Source of the DNA: Chloroflexota bacterium
GTDB lineage: Bacteria > Chloroflexota > Anaerolineae > Anaerolineales > UBA4823
DNA length: 61,442 nt
Assembly (NCBI GenBank): GCA_030611505.1
Contig: JAUWPO010000001.1
Location: 1-61,442, forward strand
Direction: 5' to 3'
Shown here: positions 19,405 to 29,025 of the stretch, piece after piece
Position numbering within the stretch: the first letter of the stretch is position 1
Layout of the letters: each line of letters begins with the position of its first letter
The notes under the pieces: model-generated
The model's database searches: none
Told to the model about the DNA's origin: nothing
The model's input: the letters and a program-made list of their open reading frames with translations, nothing else
Made by a program: the position numbers and the translations under genes

Positions 19405-19752
19405 GTTACTACTCCTGTTTCTGGATGAAGTGAATCAATTTATTGCTTAATCCAAAATTGTTTTCAATATAATACCTGCCACTGGGGCAGGTAAAAGGAT
19501 TATACGTACATGTATTAGGTCTGTCAAGGATTTTGGGTACAGGTTTTTGGGTATCGTCTTATTTACGACCTGGAGTGAGAGATTCTTCACTCCGTTCAGA
19601 ATTCAATCTGGTTCAGCGTAATGATTCATTACGTGTCTATGGCACTTTGAGGGCTCATTTTAAATGGGGGATTCTCAAGACTGTTGAGGTTGGAGTAATC
19701 AAGAGCTTTACAGTTGATGGTTATGGAGAATTGGACAGGGTTGTGTAATAAA

Positions 19753-22278
19753 CTATTGAATGTGGTTGAGTTTAAACAGCCAGGCGCCATCTTTGGCATA
19801 AAGCATTTCATAGAATGGGCTGTATCTTAAGGTGCGCGGTGATAATGTTCCTCCGCGAGCTCCAATGTATATGTAATGAATTCCCCTATCTAGTAAGTAA
19901 GCATGCAATTCGTGGGGTCGGTGACGATAGTCAATCACTTGACGAGAGATTTCTGGAATTTTCTTCCCCTCTTCGGTTATTTTACCCATTCCATAAAGTA
20001 CAGGCGGGGGCAGCGTTTTTCTACCAGCTATAGGAGTAATCCAGAAACCACCATCATTACCTGCGTATATGCCGTATCCCCAGGCGAACGGATTGATTAA
20101 AATGGTCTCTTCTACTGGGATATTCTCTTGGATAAAATCCATGGCTGGGTAATCAGCCTCACGAAAGAGCATTGTTACAGGATTGAGGATTGGTATCAAC
20201 GTTCTTGCTCCAATTATGGCAATGACAATTCCTACGATGGCAAGGCTGTACCGGTACACAGAAATCCATTTGGATGGGATAAATTTCTCCCAATTTTGAA
20301 TTATCCAACTCAGTAGATACCCACATAACGCTGATATGGGCATAAAGAGTAAAATCTGGACTGACGTGTTATTTATGAGCCCTCTTCCAGGAAGCGATAG
20401 AGCGCCCAGATTCGCTGTGAAAAAAAGTATGCAAATCCATAATATCAATGTCAATGTGAACCACCTTCGTCGAATGATTCCCCAGAGCAATCCAAGGATA
20501 GCTAAAGCCAGAGCATAACTACCAAGTGCAGAGTTTAAATATCTCCATGAAAAATCATTAAATGCGGGGATTCTGACACCTTTTAATGCGAGTTGAGGTG
20601 CGAATAAAGTAATAATAGTTTCAGGCCACCAGGGAAGCGTGAGCAGGATTGCGATTGTGCCAACCGTTGCGATTATTATAAATTCGCGCAGGATACCTTT
20701 CCATCTTCCCGGATCCGTGACTGAGCGCACCAAATTAGTGAGCAGGTATGCGCATAGCAGACAAGCCAAAAACGTCGAAACTCGATAGTGCGTTAACAGA
20801 AGACCAGCGCAAGCGATGCTTGCCAGAAGTAAAGTCCCCCATTTTCCCCGAATTTTTTCACGTAGATAGGATCGTTTTGTAGTATCACTCTCTGTCTGGA
20901 TAAGTTTGAGGACTAATGCAAGCGCGACTGGTAAGATTAGAGTGCCAGCCAGTTGGGTATATCGTCCCCAGCTTGTGTAATAAGCGGGCATTGGAGTGAT
21001 AACCCCCGTAACTAATGCGGCAATAACTCCCGCTGTACGGTCTTTGATGAGCGTAGTTGTGAAAAGGTATGTGGCAAAGATGCTCAAAGCGTTCAATATC
21101 TGTCCATAGACGAGCATCGCTTCCGGAATTTCGAAACCGGAGAGAAAAGAAAAATAGGCAAGATTGCTGTGAAAACCGGGATGGTAGCGGGCAGTTTGGT
21201 TATTGATATAAGGAGCGTAAGATCCCGGAATGCTACCGCTTTCAATGATCAGGCGGGTAATTACGGCATGATGCACTGAGTCGACCCAGGCGGGTGCTGC
21301 CAAGTCTCTCACCATAACAAAGCGCACTCCCAGTGAGAATAAAAAGATGACTGTAAGGATGAGTGCATATTTATCGGCTGCTTTAGATGGAAAATTCCGC
21401 CGCTGGATGAAGCGAAGGATGTTGAACCTGTAACGCCAGAGGGTTAATAAGATCAAAAGACCAGAGAAAACGAATATCGTATTACGGTTTATTTTGACTC
21501 CGAAAGTGGACGTCCACAGCAATAATACTGGGATGATCGCAATGCTTAATCCTATTGAAATAGCTGTCTTTTCTCCCCTATCAAACGTCGATTCCATATT
21601 TTGTATTTTGTTGGGGTTGAGAATAGATAGCAAGAAATAACCAGGAAGCCAAAGAGTCAACAGAATTGGGATAGTGAGCCAGATTCGAGAGATTGAATTA
21701 CTGAGGTCAGCGAGAATTGCACCAAAATCATAGTCGTAGGACAGCCGGAAGCTCATATCCATGTCCATAGGTTTGTCATTAATAAAGGCATTACCTTTAG
21801 GATAGGAGTCTTCGTCACGACCTAAAACATGGATTAAGCCATCATTTGTTTTTAATGTGATGAAATAACCTTGATCAGGTGGGTCGTCTTGAGGAGGAAT
21901 TGGGATTGTGATGGGAAAGTTATTCTCTAGAGTGTTAAAACTAACAGGTATGGAGACCAACGGCGGAGTGTCCTCCAAGCTGTGACGGACCTCCAGTGTT
22001 AGAGTTCCACCATCTTGCGAATCCCTTTCGACCAGGCGCAGCCATAGCTGCACACTATTAAGCCGGCTGCGGCGGGAGACAAAAGTCTGCCCCATCGATT
22101 GTCCTTCGTGGAGGATTCCAACAACGTGACCACGAAATTCTTGTGAAGCTTCCGGGTCTTTTAAAGTGACGCAGCTCGTTAAAAAGAGGAGTGAGAGTAA
22201 TAATGAACTTATTAACAAAAAAACAGACTGAATTCTTGCCTGTTCTTGTGTTATGTGTTCTTGTGCACTAATTTCCAA
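19753..22278 (-). CDS. Large polytopic membrane protein with an N-terminal extracytoplasmic domain (GT-C/ArnT-like glycosyltransferase fold suspected)
   Basis: 841-aa ORF with more than 10 hydrophobic helices after a roughly 190-aa soluble region. The start is uncertain: TTG 22278 overlaps the prfB stop and has no good SD. Confidence 0.4.
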   Translation of the reverse strand: MEISAQEHITQEQARIQSVFLLISSLLLSLLFLTSCVTLKDPEASQEFRGHVVGILHEGQSMGQTFVSRRSRLNSVQLWLRLVERDSQDGGTLTLEVRHSLEDTPPLVSIPVSFNTLENNFPITIPIPPQDDPPDQGYFITLKTNDGLIHVLGRDEDSYPKGNAFINDKPMDMDMSFRLSYDYDFGAILADLSNSISRIWLTIPILLTLWLPGYFLLSILNPNKIQNMESTFDRGEKTAISIGLSIAIIPVLLLWTSTFGVKINRNTIFVFSGLLILLTLWRYRFNILRFIQRRNFPSKAADKYALILTVIFLFSLGVRFVMVRDLAAPAWVDSVHHAVITRLIIESGSIPGSYAPYINNQTARYHPGFHSNLAYFSFLSGFEIPEAMLVYGQILNALSIFATYLFTTTLIKDRTAGVIAALVTGVITPMPAYYTSWGRYTQLAGTLILPVALALVLKLIQTESDTTKRSYLREKIRGKWGTLLLASIACAGLLLTHYRVSTFLACLLCAYLLTNLVRSVTDPGRWKGILREFIIIATVGTIAILLTLPWWPETIITLFAPQLALKGVRIPAFNDFSWRYLNSALGSYALALAILGLLWGIIRRRWFTLTLILWICILFFTANLGALSLPGRGLINNTSVQILLFMPISALCGYLLSWIIQNWEKFIPSKWISVYRYSLAIVGIVIAIIGARTLIPILNPVTMLFREADYPAMDFIQENIPVEETILINPFAWGYGIYAGNDGGFWITPIAGRKTLPPPVLYGMGKITEEGKKIPEISRQVIDYRHRPHELHAYLLDRGIHYIYIGARGGTLSPRTLRYSPFYEMLYAKDGAWLFKLNHIQ

Positions 22279-23360
22279 CCCCCATACTTGCTCGCAGGTA
22301 TGCTTCGATTAGCCCATCAAGCGCGCCGTCCAGCACATTTTGAGCATTGCCAACTTCAAAATTAGTGCGGTGGTCCTTGACCATTTGGTATGGATGAAGA
22401 ACGTAGGAACGAATTTGGCTGCCCCATTCAGCTTTTGTGTACTCCCCCCTCAATTCAGCCAACTGCTCTGCCTGCTCGGCTTGTTTTTGTTCGAGGAGGC
22501 GGGCACGAAGTACACGCATTGCATTTTCTTTATTCTGGATTTGTGATCGTTCGTTTTGACAGGTCACTACCATTCCAGTAGGTAAATGGGTGATCCGTAC
22601 GGCTGTATCGTTTTTTTGGACATTTTGACCCCCAGCGCCTGCAGAGCGATATGTATCAATACGCAAATCATTGGGATTGATTTTGATCTCTGTATTATCA
22701 TCCACTTGCGGCAGTACTTCTACAAGTGCAAATGAAGTATGTCGTCGATGGGAGGCATCAAATGGAGAGAGTCTGACTAAACGGTGGACGCCTTTTTCGG
22801 GTCTCAAGTAGCCGTACGCATACGCTCCTTCCACTGAAATAGTGACACTTTTAATACCGGCTTCTTCACCTTCAGTTGTATCCAGAATTTCAGTTTCGTA
22901 TCCACGTGATTCGGCCCAACGAAGGTACATCCTTTGCAGCATTGCAGTCCAGTCCTGTGAATCAGTACCTCCAGCACCAGCGTGGATGGCAAGCAGAGCG
23001 TACCCCCTGTCGTACTCGCCTGAGAGCATGCAGTCAAACTCACGTTGATTTAAATCGATTTCGATCTCAGCCATTTCGCTTTCTAGATCCGGAATAAGGC
23101 TTTCGTCTTCTAATTGAGATAATTCTAGGGCATCAGTAATACGCTGCTCAAGTGACCGCCAGCTCTCCACTTCACTTCTGAGGGCAGCCATCTTTTTCAT
23201 TACTCGTTGTGCATTTATTGGATCATCCCAGAAAGTGGTCTCTTCGGTTTGTTTTTCTAATTTATGTATTTGAGAGTTTTTTCCGACTAAGTCAAAGTCG
23301 CACCTGTAATTCTTCTATCTTTTGGTGACTTTTCTCAAGGCGTTCAATTAAATCTTGCAT
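22268..23360 (-). CDS. prfB: Peptide chain release factor 2, requiring a +1 programmed frameshift (frame 0: 23360-23295, then 23293-22268)
   Basis: Upstream mini-ORF MQDLIERLEKSHQKIEELQVRL ends in CTT TGA C. The +1 frame continues DLVGKNSQIHKLEKQTEETTFWDDP... into the 310-aa ORF, which has SPF and GGQ motifs. Confidence 0.9.
23291..23306 (-). promoter_or_regulatory. prfB autoregulatory +1 frameshift site: AGGUG - 3 nt - CUU UGA C
   Basis: The minus strand reads caggtgcgaCTTTGAC. The internal SD-like AGGTG is 3 nt before the CUU slippery codon, the same layout as in E. coli prfB. Confidence 0.85.
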
Positions 23361-23517
23361 AAAAATACTCCAGGCACTAATCACTTGTTAAGGATATAAA
23401 TGGTTCTAGTGAATCATTTCGAAAGCTGACAAATCCATTGGAAAAACCATAAGGTAGAAACATTCGCAAGGTTGATTACCAGTTAATAATAATCTATTTA
23501 CTTTTTGGAATTAAAAA

Positions 23518-24432
23518 TTAATTCCATTCAGCTAAGATCCCGTCAACAAACGCATCGGGATCGAAAGGCTGTAAATCATCATACTTTTCACCCAGACCGG
23601 CATAAAGAATGGGTAAATCTAGTTCGCGTTGGATTGCAAAAGCCATTCCTCCCCTGGCTGAGGAATCCAGCTTGGCGAGGATGACGCCAGTGATACGAAC
23701 CGCGTCTTTAAATGCATGCGCTTGTTGAAGAGCGTTCTGCCCAGTTGTGGCATCCATTACAAGCCAAACTGCGTCTGGTGCACCGGGTAACGCTTTCCCA
23801 ACCACGCGATATACTTTTTTTAATTCTTCCATTAAATTAAAACGGGTATGTAATCGCCCGGCAGTGTCAATGATCACGATATCTACGTCCCGCGCAATAC
23901 CCGCTTTGACCGTATCGTATGCAACTGCTCCAGCATCACCACCATGTTGTCCAGAGATAATTGGAAGATCGATGTCCTTGGCCCATATCTCTAATTGGTC
24001 CACTGCGGCAGCACGGAATGTGTCTGCAGCTCCAAGGATGACTTGCTTCCCTTCTTGTGTATATAGATATCCTAATTTTGCAATGCTGGTTGTCTTGCCC
24101 GAACCATTTACTCCAACGATTAATATTACAGTGGGGTGGGTGTTCAGTTCAATTATTGGCGGCGTTTTTAGAAGGGAGCGTAGTTCGTCTCGCAGCGCTT
24201 CTTTTAGATCCTGTGTTTTTATCAATCCCTGAGTATTGACACGTTTTTCAACGGCGCTTAGGACAATGTCTGTTGTTTCTAATCCTAAATCAGCTTGGAT
24301 CAGCAAAGCTTCTAGTTCATCCCAGGTAACCGAAGTGATTTCTGTTGCGCCAAAAATGGTGGCAATTTGACCGAATTTTGCTTTGCTGGTCTTGGCAAGT
24401 CCCTGTTTCCACTTATCAAGAGCGTTATTCAT
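23518..24432 (-). CDS. ftsY: Signal recognition particle receptor FtsY
   Basis: GVNGSGKTTSIAKL, IIDTAGRLH and LAKLDSSARGG. Confidence 0.9.
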   Translation of the reverse strand: MNNALDKWKQGLAKTSKAKFGQIATIFGATEITSVTWDELEALLIQADLGLETTDIVLSAVEKRVNTQGLIKTQDLKEALRDELRSLLKTPPIIELNTHPTVILIVGVNGSGKTTSIAKLGYLYTQEGKQVILGAADTFRAAAVDQLEIWAKDIDLPIISGQHGGDAGAVAYDTVKAGIARDVDIVIIDTAGRLHTRFNLMEELKKVYRVVGKALPGAPDAVWLVMDATTGQNALQQAHAFKDAVRITGVILAKLDSSARGGMAFAIQRELDLPILYAGLGEKYDDLQPFDPDAFVDGILAEWN

Positions 24433-24532
24433 AGCTCGGTATTATAACATGGTGGTAATTTGAGGGTCTTTTCGCATTCTTTACGGGTCTGAAAAATTGC
24501 GGTTTGGTTCGGGTGCGTTTTAATCCTAGAGA

Positions 24533-24541
24533 TGCTATAAT
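24533..24541 (+). promoter_or_regulatory. Extended -10 promoter element TGcTATAAT immediately upstream of moaC
   Basis: tgctataat read at 24533-24541. The ATG at 24548 lies 7 nt after the hexamer, and no SD lies between them. Confidence 0.45.
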
Positions 24542-24547
24542 TTCTGT

Positions 24548-25051
24548 ATGAATACTGAACTTACTCATCTAGATGAAACTGGCAGTGCGCGTATGGTTGA
24601 TGTGGGACATAAACCGGATAGTGAGCGGGTTGCAATTGCGAAATGCGAAGTAGTAATGCAACCCGAGACACTGAGATTGATTGAAGAAGGAACTCTTAAA
24701 AAGGGAGATTTGTATACTGTCGCTCAAATTGCAGGAATCCTGGCAGCGAAACGAACCAGTGAATTGATTCCGTTATGTCATCCTCTTACGCTTACGCATA
24801 TTGCAGTAGAACTCAGTCCGGTTCCTGATTTACCCGGTGTATGTATAAAAGCAACTGTCCGGACTATTGGTAAAACAGGTGTAGAAATTGAAGCATTAAC
24901 AGCAGTGTCGGTTGCAGCATTAACGGTTTACGATATGGCAAAAGCAGTGGACAAAACCATGCGGATACAAAACATCCGCTTGGTGGAAAAACATGGCGGA
25001 TTGAGTGGGGATGTAATTAATGAGAATGAGATAGAAGGATTATCAATTTAA
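24548..25051 (+). CDS. moaC: Cyclic pyranopterin monophosphate synthase
   Basis: [27 protein letters not shown] and [20 protein letters not shown]. Confidence 0.9.
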   Translation: MNTELTHLDETGSARMVDVGHKPDSERVAIAKCEVVMQPETLRLIEEGTLKKGDLYTVAQIAGILAAKRTSELIPLCHPLTLTHIAVELSPVPDLPGVCIKATVRTIGKTGVEIEALTAVSVAALTVYDMAKAVDKTMRIQNIRLVEKHGGLSGDVINENEIEGLSI

Positions 25052-25070
25052 TCGGGATGTATGATGTAAG

Positions 25071-25778
25071 ATGCGAATTAGAGTTTTATTCTTTGCTACA
25101 TTTAGAGACCTAGCAGGTACGAGAGAAACAATCGTAGAACTTCCGGAAGAACCGGTAGTTAAAGATTTTAAATCTCATTTACAAATCAAATTTCCGGGTT
25201 TATCACCTACATTAAATACGGGCTTGATTTCAATTAATCGAGAATTTGCGTTTGATAGCGACACGATTCCTGATGGCGCAGAAGTGGCTATATTCCCTCC
25301 TGTGAGCGGGGGCAGCCACATAGAAAACCCTACCATTTGTTCAATCGTTGAAGATGAAATTGAATTGAACGCAGTTTTGTCCAGTATAACGAAAAGAAGT
25401 ACAGGTGCGGTCTGCATTTTTTCTGGTATCGTGCGTGGGGTGACGACTAGAAAGGGTCCCCATGAGACCAAATATCTCGAGTATGAGGCATATAAACCAA
25501 TGGCGGAAGCGAAAATGAAACAGATAGCAGACGAAATTCGCGCTCGCTGGTCTTCAATCGTGGGTATTGCAATCGTACAACGTATTGGTCGTTTCGAGGT
25601 TGGAGAACAAACAGTCGTTATCGCATGTAGCGCTTATCACCGGGATACGGGCGTGTTTGAAGCCGCACGTTACGGTATTGACCGACTTAAAGAAATTGTG
25701 CCAGTGTGGAAAAAAGAGGTAAATCCTGTAGGGGAAATATGGGTAGAAGGGGATTATATCCCAGATAAAAATGATTGA
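25071..25778 (+). CDS. MoaD-MoaE fusion (molybdopterin synthase sulfur-carrier and catalytic subunits in one polypeptide)
   Basis: N-terminal beta-grasp MRIRVLFFATFRDLAG...AIFPPVSGG (MoaD-like, with an internal GG) runs directly into a MoaE-like domain (...IVPVWKKEV...). Confidence 0.8.
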   Translation: MRIRVLFFATFRDLAGTRETIVELPEEPVVKDFKSHLQIKFPGLSPTLNTGLISINREFAFDSDTIPDGAEVAIFPPVSGGSHIENPTICSIVEDEIELNAVLSSITKRSTGAVCIFSGIVRGVTTRKGPHETKYLEYEAYKPMAEAKMKQIADEIRARWSSIVGIAIVQRIGRFEVGEQTVVIACSAYHRDTGVFEAARYGIDRLKEIVPVWKKEVNPVGEIWVEGDYIPDKND

Positions 25779-26865
25779 AATTCGATGCACAAATTGTTAT
25801 AGACCATACCCAGATAAGGAAACGCCTTTCCGGTGCCTGAATTGTGGTGGCGTCTTCGATTTCGATGGACAATTGGAGATTGATCCTCGCAAGATAGATG
25901 AGAACCTACCAGGCATCTGGCGTTACCGTCATTATTTCGGTTTACATGCTGACTCACCAATAGTTTACCTGGGTGAGGGAGATACACCGCTAGTTTGGGG
26001 AAAATTTGCTGGTCGGGAAGTTGCCTGCAAGTTAGAGTATTTGAATCCAACAGGTTCGTTCAAGGATCGCGGTACTGCAATTTTGATAAGTTTTTTAAAA
26101 GAACGTGGCGTTCGCAGCGCAATTGAGGATTCGTCTGGGAATGCGGGCGCATCTTTTGCGGCTTATGCAGCACGTGCTGGTATAAAAGCACGGGTATTTG
26201 TGCCGGATTACACATCTGCTCCCAAACGCAAACAGGCTGAAGCTTATGGAGCTGAAGTTATTCGTGTACAGGGTGCTCGTACGGCAGCTTCTGAAGCGGT
26301 TCTAAGTGCTGCGGAGCAAGGCGATGTTTATGCCAGCCACGCCTACTTGCCGCATGGGATTTTGGGATTTGCGACTATTGCGTTTGAGATTGTAAGCCAA
26401 CTGGGAGGAACGCCTGGTACAGTGATCGCTCCAACCGGACAGGGAAGCCTGCTCTTAGGATTGGGGCGTGGTTTCAATGCATTATTTCATGCTGGGGTCA
26501 TTGATAACATACCGAAGCTCATAGGAGTTCAGGCGCTTGCGTGTGCACCTCTTTGGGCAGTCCATCAATATGGGGCAGCAGGAATGGAATTAGTAACTGA
26601 GGGAGAAACTCTAGCAGAAGGAGTACGTATCAGATACCCAGTGCGAAAGGATGCGATATTAAAAATGATGGCATTGAATGATGGTATATTTATCGCAGTT
26701 GAAGAAAGTGAAATACTTCTAAGTCAAGCTGAATTAGCCAGGCAAGGTTTATACGTCGAGCCTACTTCAGCGATTGTGTGGAGTGCATTGGATCAAGTTA
26801 TGGATGATGTCCGCGATCCAATTGTCCTGGTACTGACTGGTACCGGATTAAAAAGCTTTGGTTAA
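25771..26865 (+). CDS. Threonine synthase-like PLP-dependent enzyme with an N-terminal zinc ribbon
   Basis: CTNC...CLNCGG ribbon. LNPTGSFKDRG (PLP-Lys motif) and SSGNAGAS are present. The ATG overlaps the moaD-moaE stop by 8 nt. Confidence 0.75.
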   Translation: MIEIRCTNCYRPYPDKETPFRCLNCGGVFDFDGQLEIDPRKIDENLPGIWRYRHYFGLHADSPIVYLGEGDTPLVWGKFAGREVACKLEYLNPTGSFKDRGTAILISFLKERGVRSAIEDSSGNAGASFAAYAARAGIKARVFVPDYTSAPKRKQAEAYGAEVIRVQGARTAASEAVLSAAEQGDVYASHAYLPHGILGFATIAFEIVSQLGGTPGTVIAPTGQGSLLLGLGRGFNALFHAGVIDNIPKLIGVQALACAPLWAVHQYGAAGMELVTEGETLAEGVRIRYPVRKDAILKMMALNDGIFIAVEESEILLSQAELARQGLYVEPTSAIVWSALDQVMDDVRDPIVLVLTGTGLKSFG

Positions 26866-26937
26866 TTCTAATAAATATAGTATTGCATTGAGAAGAAATC
26901 GTGATGTCCGTCACAATCTATTTCGAGAGGTGAGTAA

Positions 26938-28176
26938 ATGCAAGGAAGTGTTGTGATAACAGGTATGGGAACGGTAAACGCATTGGGTTTATCAGTAAAT
27001 GAAACCTGGAAGAATATTTTAAAGGGCGTTTCAGGCGTTGGAAGAATCTCAAGTTTCGATGCCTTGGGATTGAGAGTCCAGATCGCATGTGAAGTTAAGG
27101 ATTTTGACCCGCATCAATACATGTCCAGCCGAGAGATACGCCGGCGTGACCGAGTTGAACAATTGGCTGCTGCTGCAGTTCAAGAAGCTATACAGAATTC
27201 AGGAATTGAAGTCGCAAAAATTGAAAAGTATCGCATTGGCGTTATCATCTCCTCTGCAATGGGTGGTCTGCATACGTTGTATGACACGTACAACACCGTT
27301 CTGGAAAAAGGACCTAATCGTGTCAGCCCATTTGCAATCCCCATGCTTATGACAAATGGTTCTGCCGGGATGGTTGCGATTGATTATGGCTTTCAAGGAC
27401 CTTGTTTTTCAGTTGCTTCTGCGTGTGCATCTGGTTCTGATGCAATTGGGTTAGCATGGACTTTACTGCGCAATAATGTGATTGATGTGGTAATCGCAGG
27501 TGCATCAGAAGCAACAATAACCGAAGTCGGAGTTGCTACTTTTGACAGGGTTGGTGCGATGTCTCGACGCAATGACGATTATTCAATGACTCCTCAACCA
27601 TTTGATCGTAATCGTGACGGGTTGGTGATGGGGGAAGGTGCGGGAATTCTCGTTTTAGAGCGTGAGGACTTTGCGCGCAAACGAGGTGCTCAAATATTGG
27701 CGGAATTAGCAGGTTATGCAGCTACCGCTGACGCATTCCATATTGTAGCTCCCAGTGAGAATGGAGAGGGTGGAGCCATGGCAATAAGCCTGGCAATGAA
27801 GGCAGCAGATATCAATCGCGATGAAATTGATTATATCAACGCACATGGAACGGGAACTATACTGAATGATATTTCAGAAACGAGAGCAATAAAAGCTGCT
27901 CTTGGTGAAACGGCTTATAATATTCCGGTTTCGTCTACGAAATCGATGACTGGACACATTATGGGTGCTACTGGAGCTCTAGAAGTAATTTTTTGTGTGA
28001 AAGCAATTCGGGATGGTGTTGTACCGCCTACAATTCATTATCAAACCCCTGACCCAGAATGTGACCTTGATTATGTACCAAATAAGGCTCGTGAACTGCC
28101 TGTGCAGGTAGTATTGAGCAATTCATTTGGTTTCGGTGGTCATAATGCAGTGTTGATCGTTAGGAAATATTCTTGA
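26938..28176 (+). CDS. fabF: 3-oxoacyl-ACP synthase II
   Basis: SVASACASGSDA (active-site Cys), NAHGTGT and NSFGFGGHNAVL. Confidence 0.9.
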   Translation: MQGSVVITGMGTVNALGLSVNETWKNILKGVSGVGRISSFDALGLRVQIACEVKDFDPHQYMSSREIRRRDRVEQLAAAAVQEAIQNSGIEVAKIEKYRIGVIISSAMGGLHTLYDTYNTVLEKGPNRVSPFAIPMLMTNGSAGMVAIDYGFQGPCFSVASACASGSDAIGLAWTLLRNNVIDVVIAGASEATITEVGVATFDRVGAMSRRNDDYSMTPQPFDRNRDGLVMGEGAGILVLEREDFARKRGAQILAELAGYAATADAFHIVAPSENGEGGAMAISLAMKAADINRDEIDYINAHGTGTILNDISETRAIKAALGETAYNIPVSSTKSMTGHIMGATGALEVIFCVKAIRDGVVPPTIHYQTPDPECDLDYVPNKARELPVQVVLSNSFGFGGHNAVLIVRKYS

Positions 28177-28295
28177 AGTTTAAATAAACACGAAAAAAGT
28201 TTTAGAGCTGATGATTATTTCAATGAAGCACAAATATAGTCCACATCGGAGTGGGCGAGGAATTAATATTACTATTGTGTTTCAGGAGGTTATTA

Positions 28296-29015
28296 ATGGT
28301 ACTTACTCCACAAGGAGAAATTGAGATTGAACCGGCCCGTTCATTTGTAAAACGTCTTGAATTACCCTTCACCGATTTTCTACTCCTCAATCGAGCATTG
28401 ACTCATCGTTCCTATATTAACGAACATCCAGAGGCTCTGGAAGATAATGAAAGATTAGAATTCTTAGGTGATGCCGTTCTTGATTTCCTGGTAGGAGCTT
28501 GGTTGTATAAGCATTTTCCAGAGATGGCAGAAGGGGATTTAACGCGTCTTCGTGCAGCGTTGGTGTGTACAGAACAGTTGGCTGAGTTTGCCCGACAAAT
28601 TGACTTAGGGGCAGCGATGAAGCTAGGAAGGGGGGAAGGTGACGGTGGTGGCAGGAATCGCCATGCTTTGTTGTGCGGAACGTTTGAAGCTTTGGTAGGT
28701 GCATTGTATCTTGATGCTGGTATTGAGGCAGTTCAGGAATTTATGGAGCCGATGCTGCAGCAAGCTGCATCTTCGATATTAGAGGTACGCAAAGATAGGG
28801 ATGCGAAGAGCTTATTACAAGAATTAGTTCAATCAAAGGGATATGCCCCCCCAGTTTACAATACTGTGTCTGATAGGGGACCTGATCATAAAAAAACCTT
28901 TGAAGTCGTTGTGTTTATCGATGGTCAAGAGTTTGGAAGGGGTTCAGGTCACAGTAAGCAATCTGCTGCAAAAGTAGCCGCTCGAAAAGCACTCGATTCA
29001 TTTGGTTTGAGTTAG
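28296..29015 (+). CDS. rnc: Ribonuclease III
   Basis: NERLEFLGDAVLDF signature plus a C-terminal dsRBD (GPDHKKTFEV...GHSKQSAAKVAARKAL). Start set at ATG 28296, after AGGAGG. Confidence 0.9.
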   Translation: MVLTPQGEIEIEPARSFVKRLELPFTDFLLLNRALTHRSYINEHPEALEDNERLEFLGDAVLDFLVGAWLYKHFPEMAEGDLTRLRAALVCTEQLAEFARQIDLGAAMKLGRGEGDGGGRNRHALLCGTFEALVGALYLDAGIEAVQEFMEPMLQQAASSILEVRKDRDAKSLLQELVQSKGYAPPVYNTVSDRGPDHKKTFEVVVFIDGQEFGRGSGHSKQSAAKVAARKALDSFGLS

Positions 29016-29025
29016 AAGAGGAGTC

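Noticed and set aside
24433-24547. Moco riboswitch upstream of moaC
   Set aside because: The spacer is only 115 nt and shared with the divergent ftsY. I could not find the conserved Moco-motif helices. A promoter abutting the ATG fits better.
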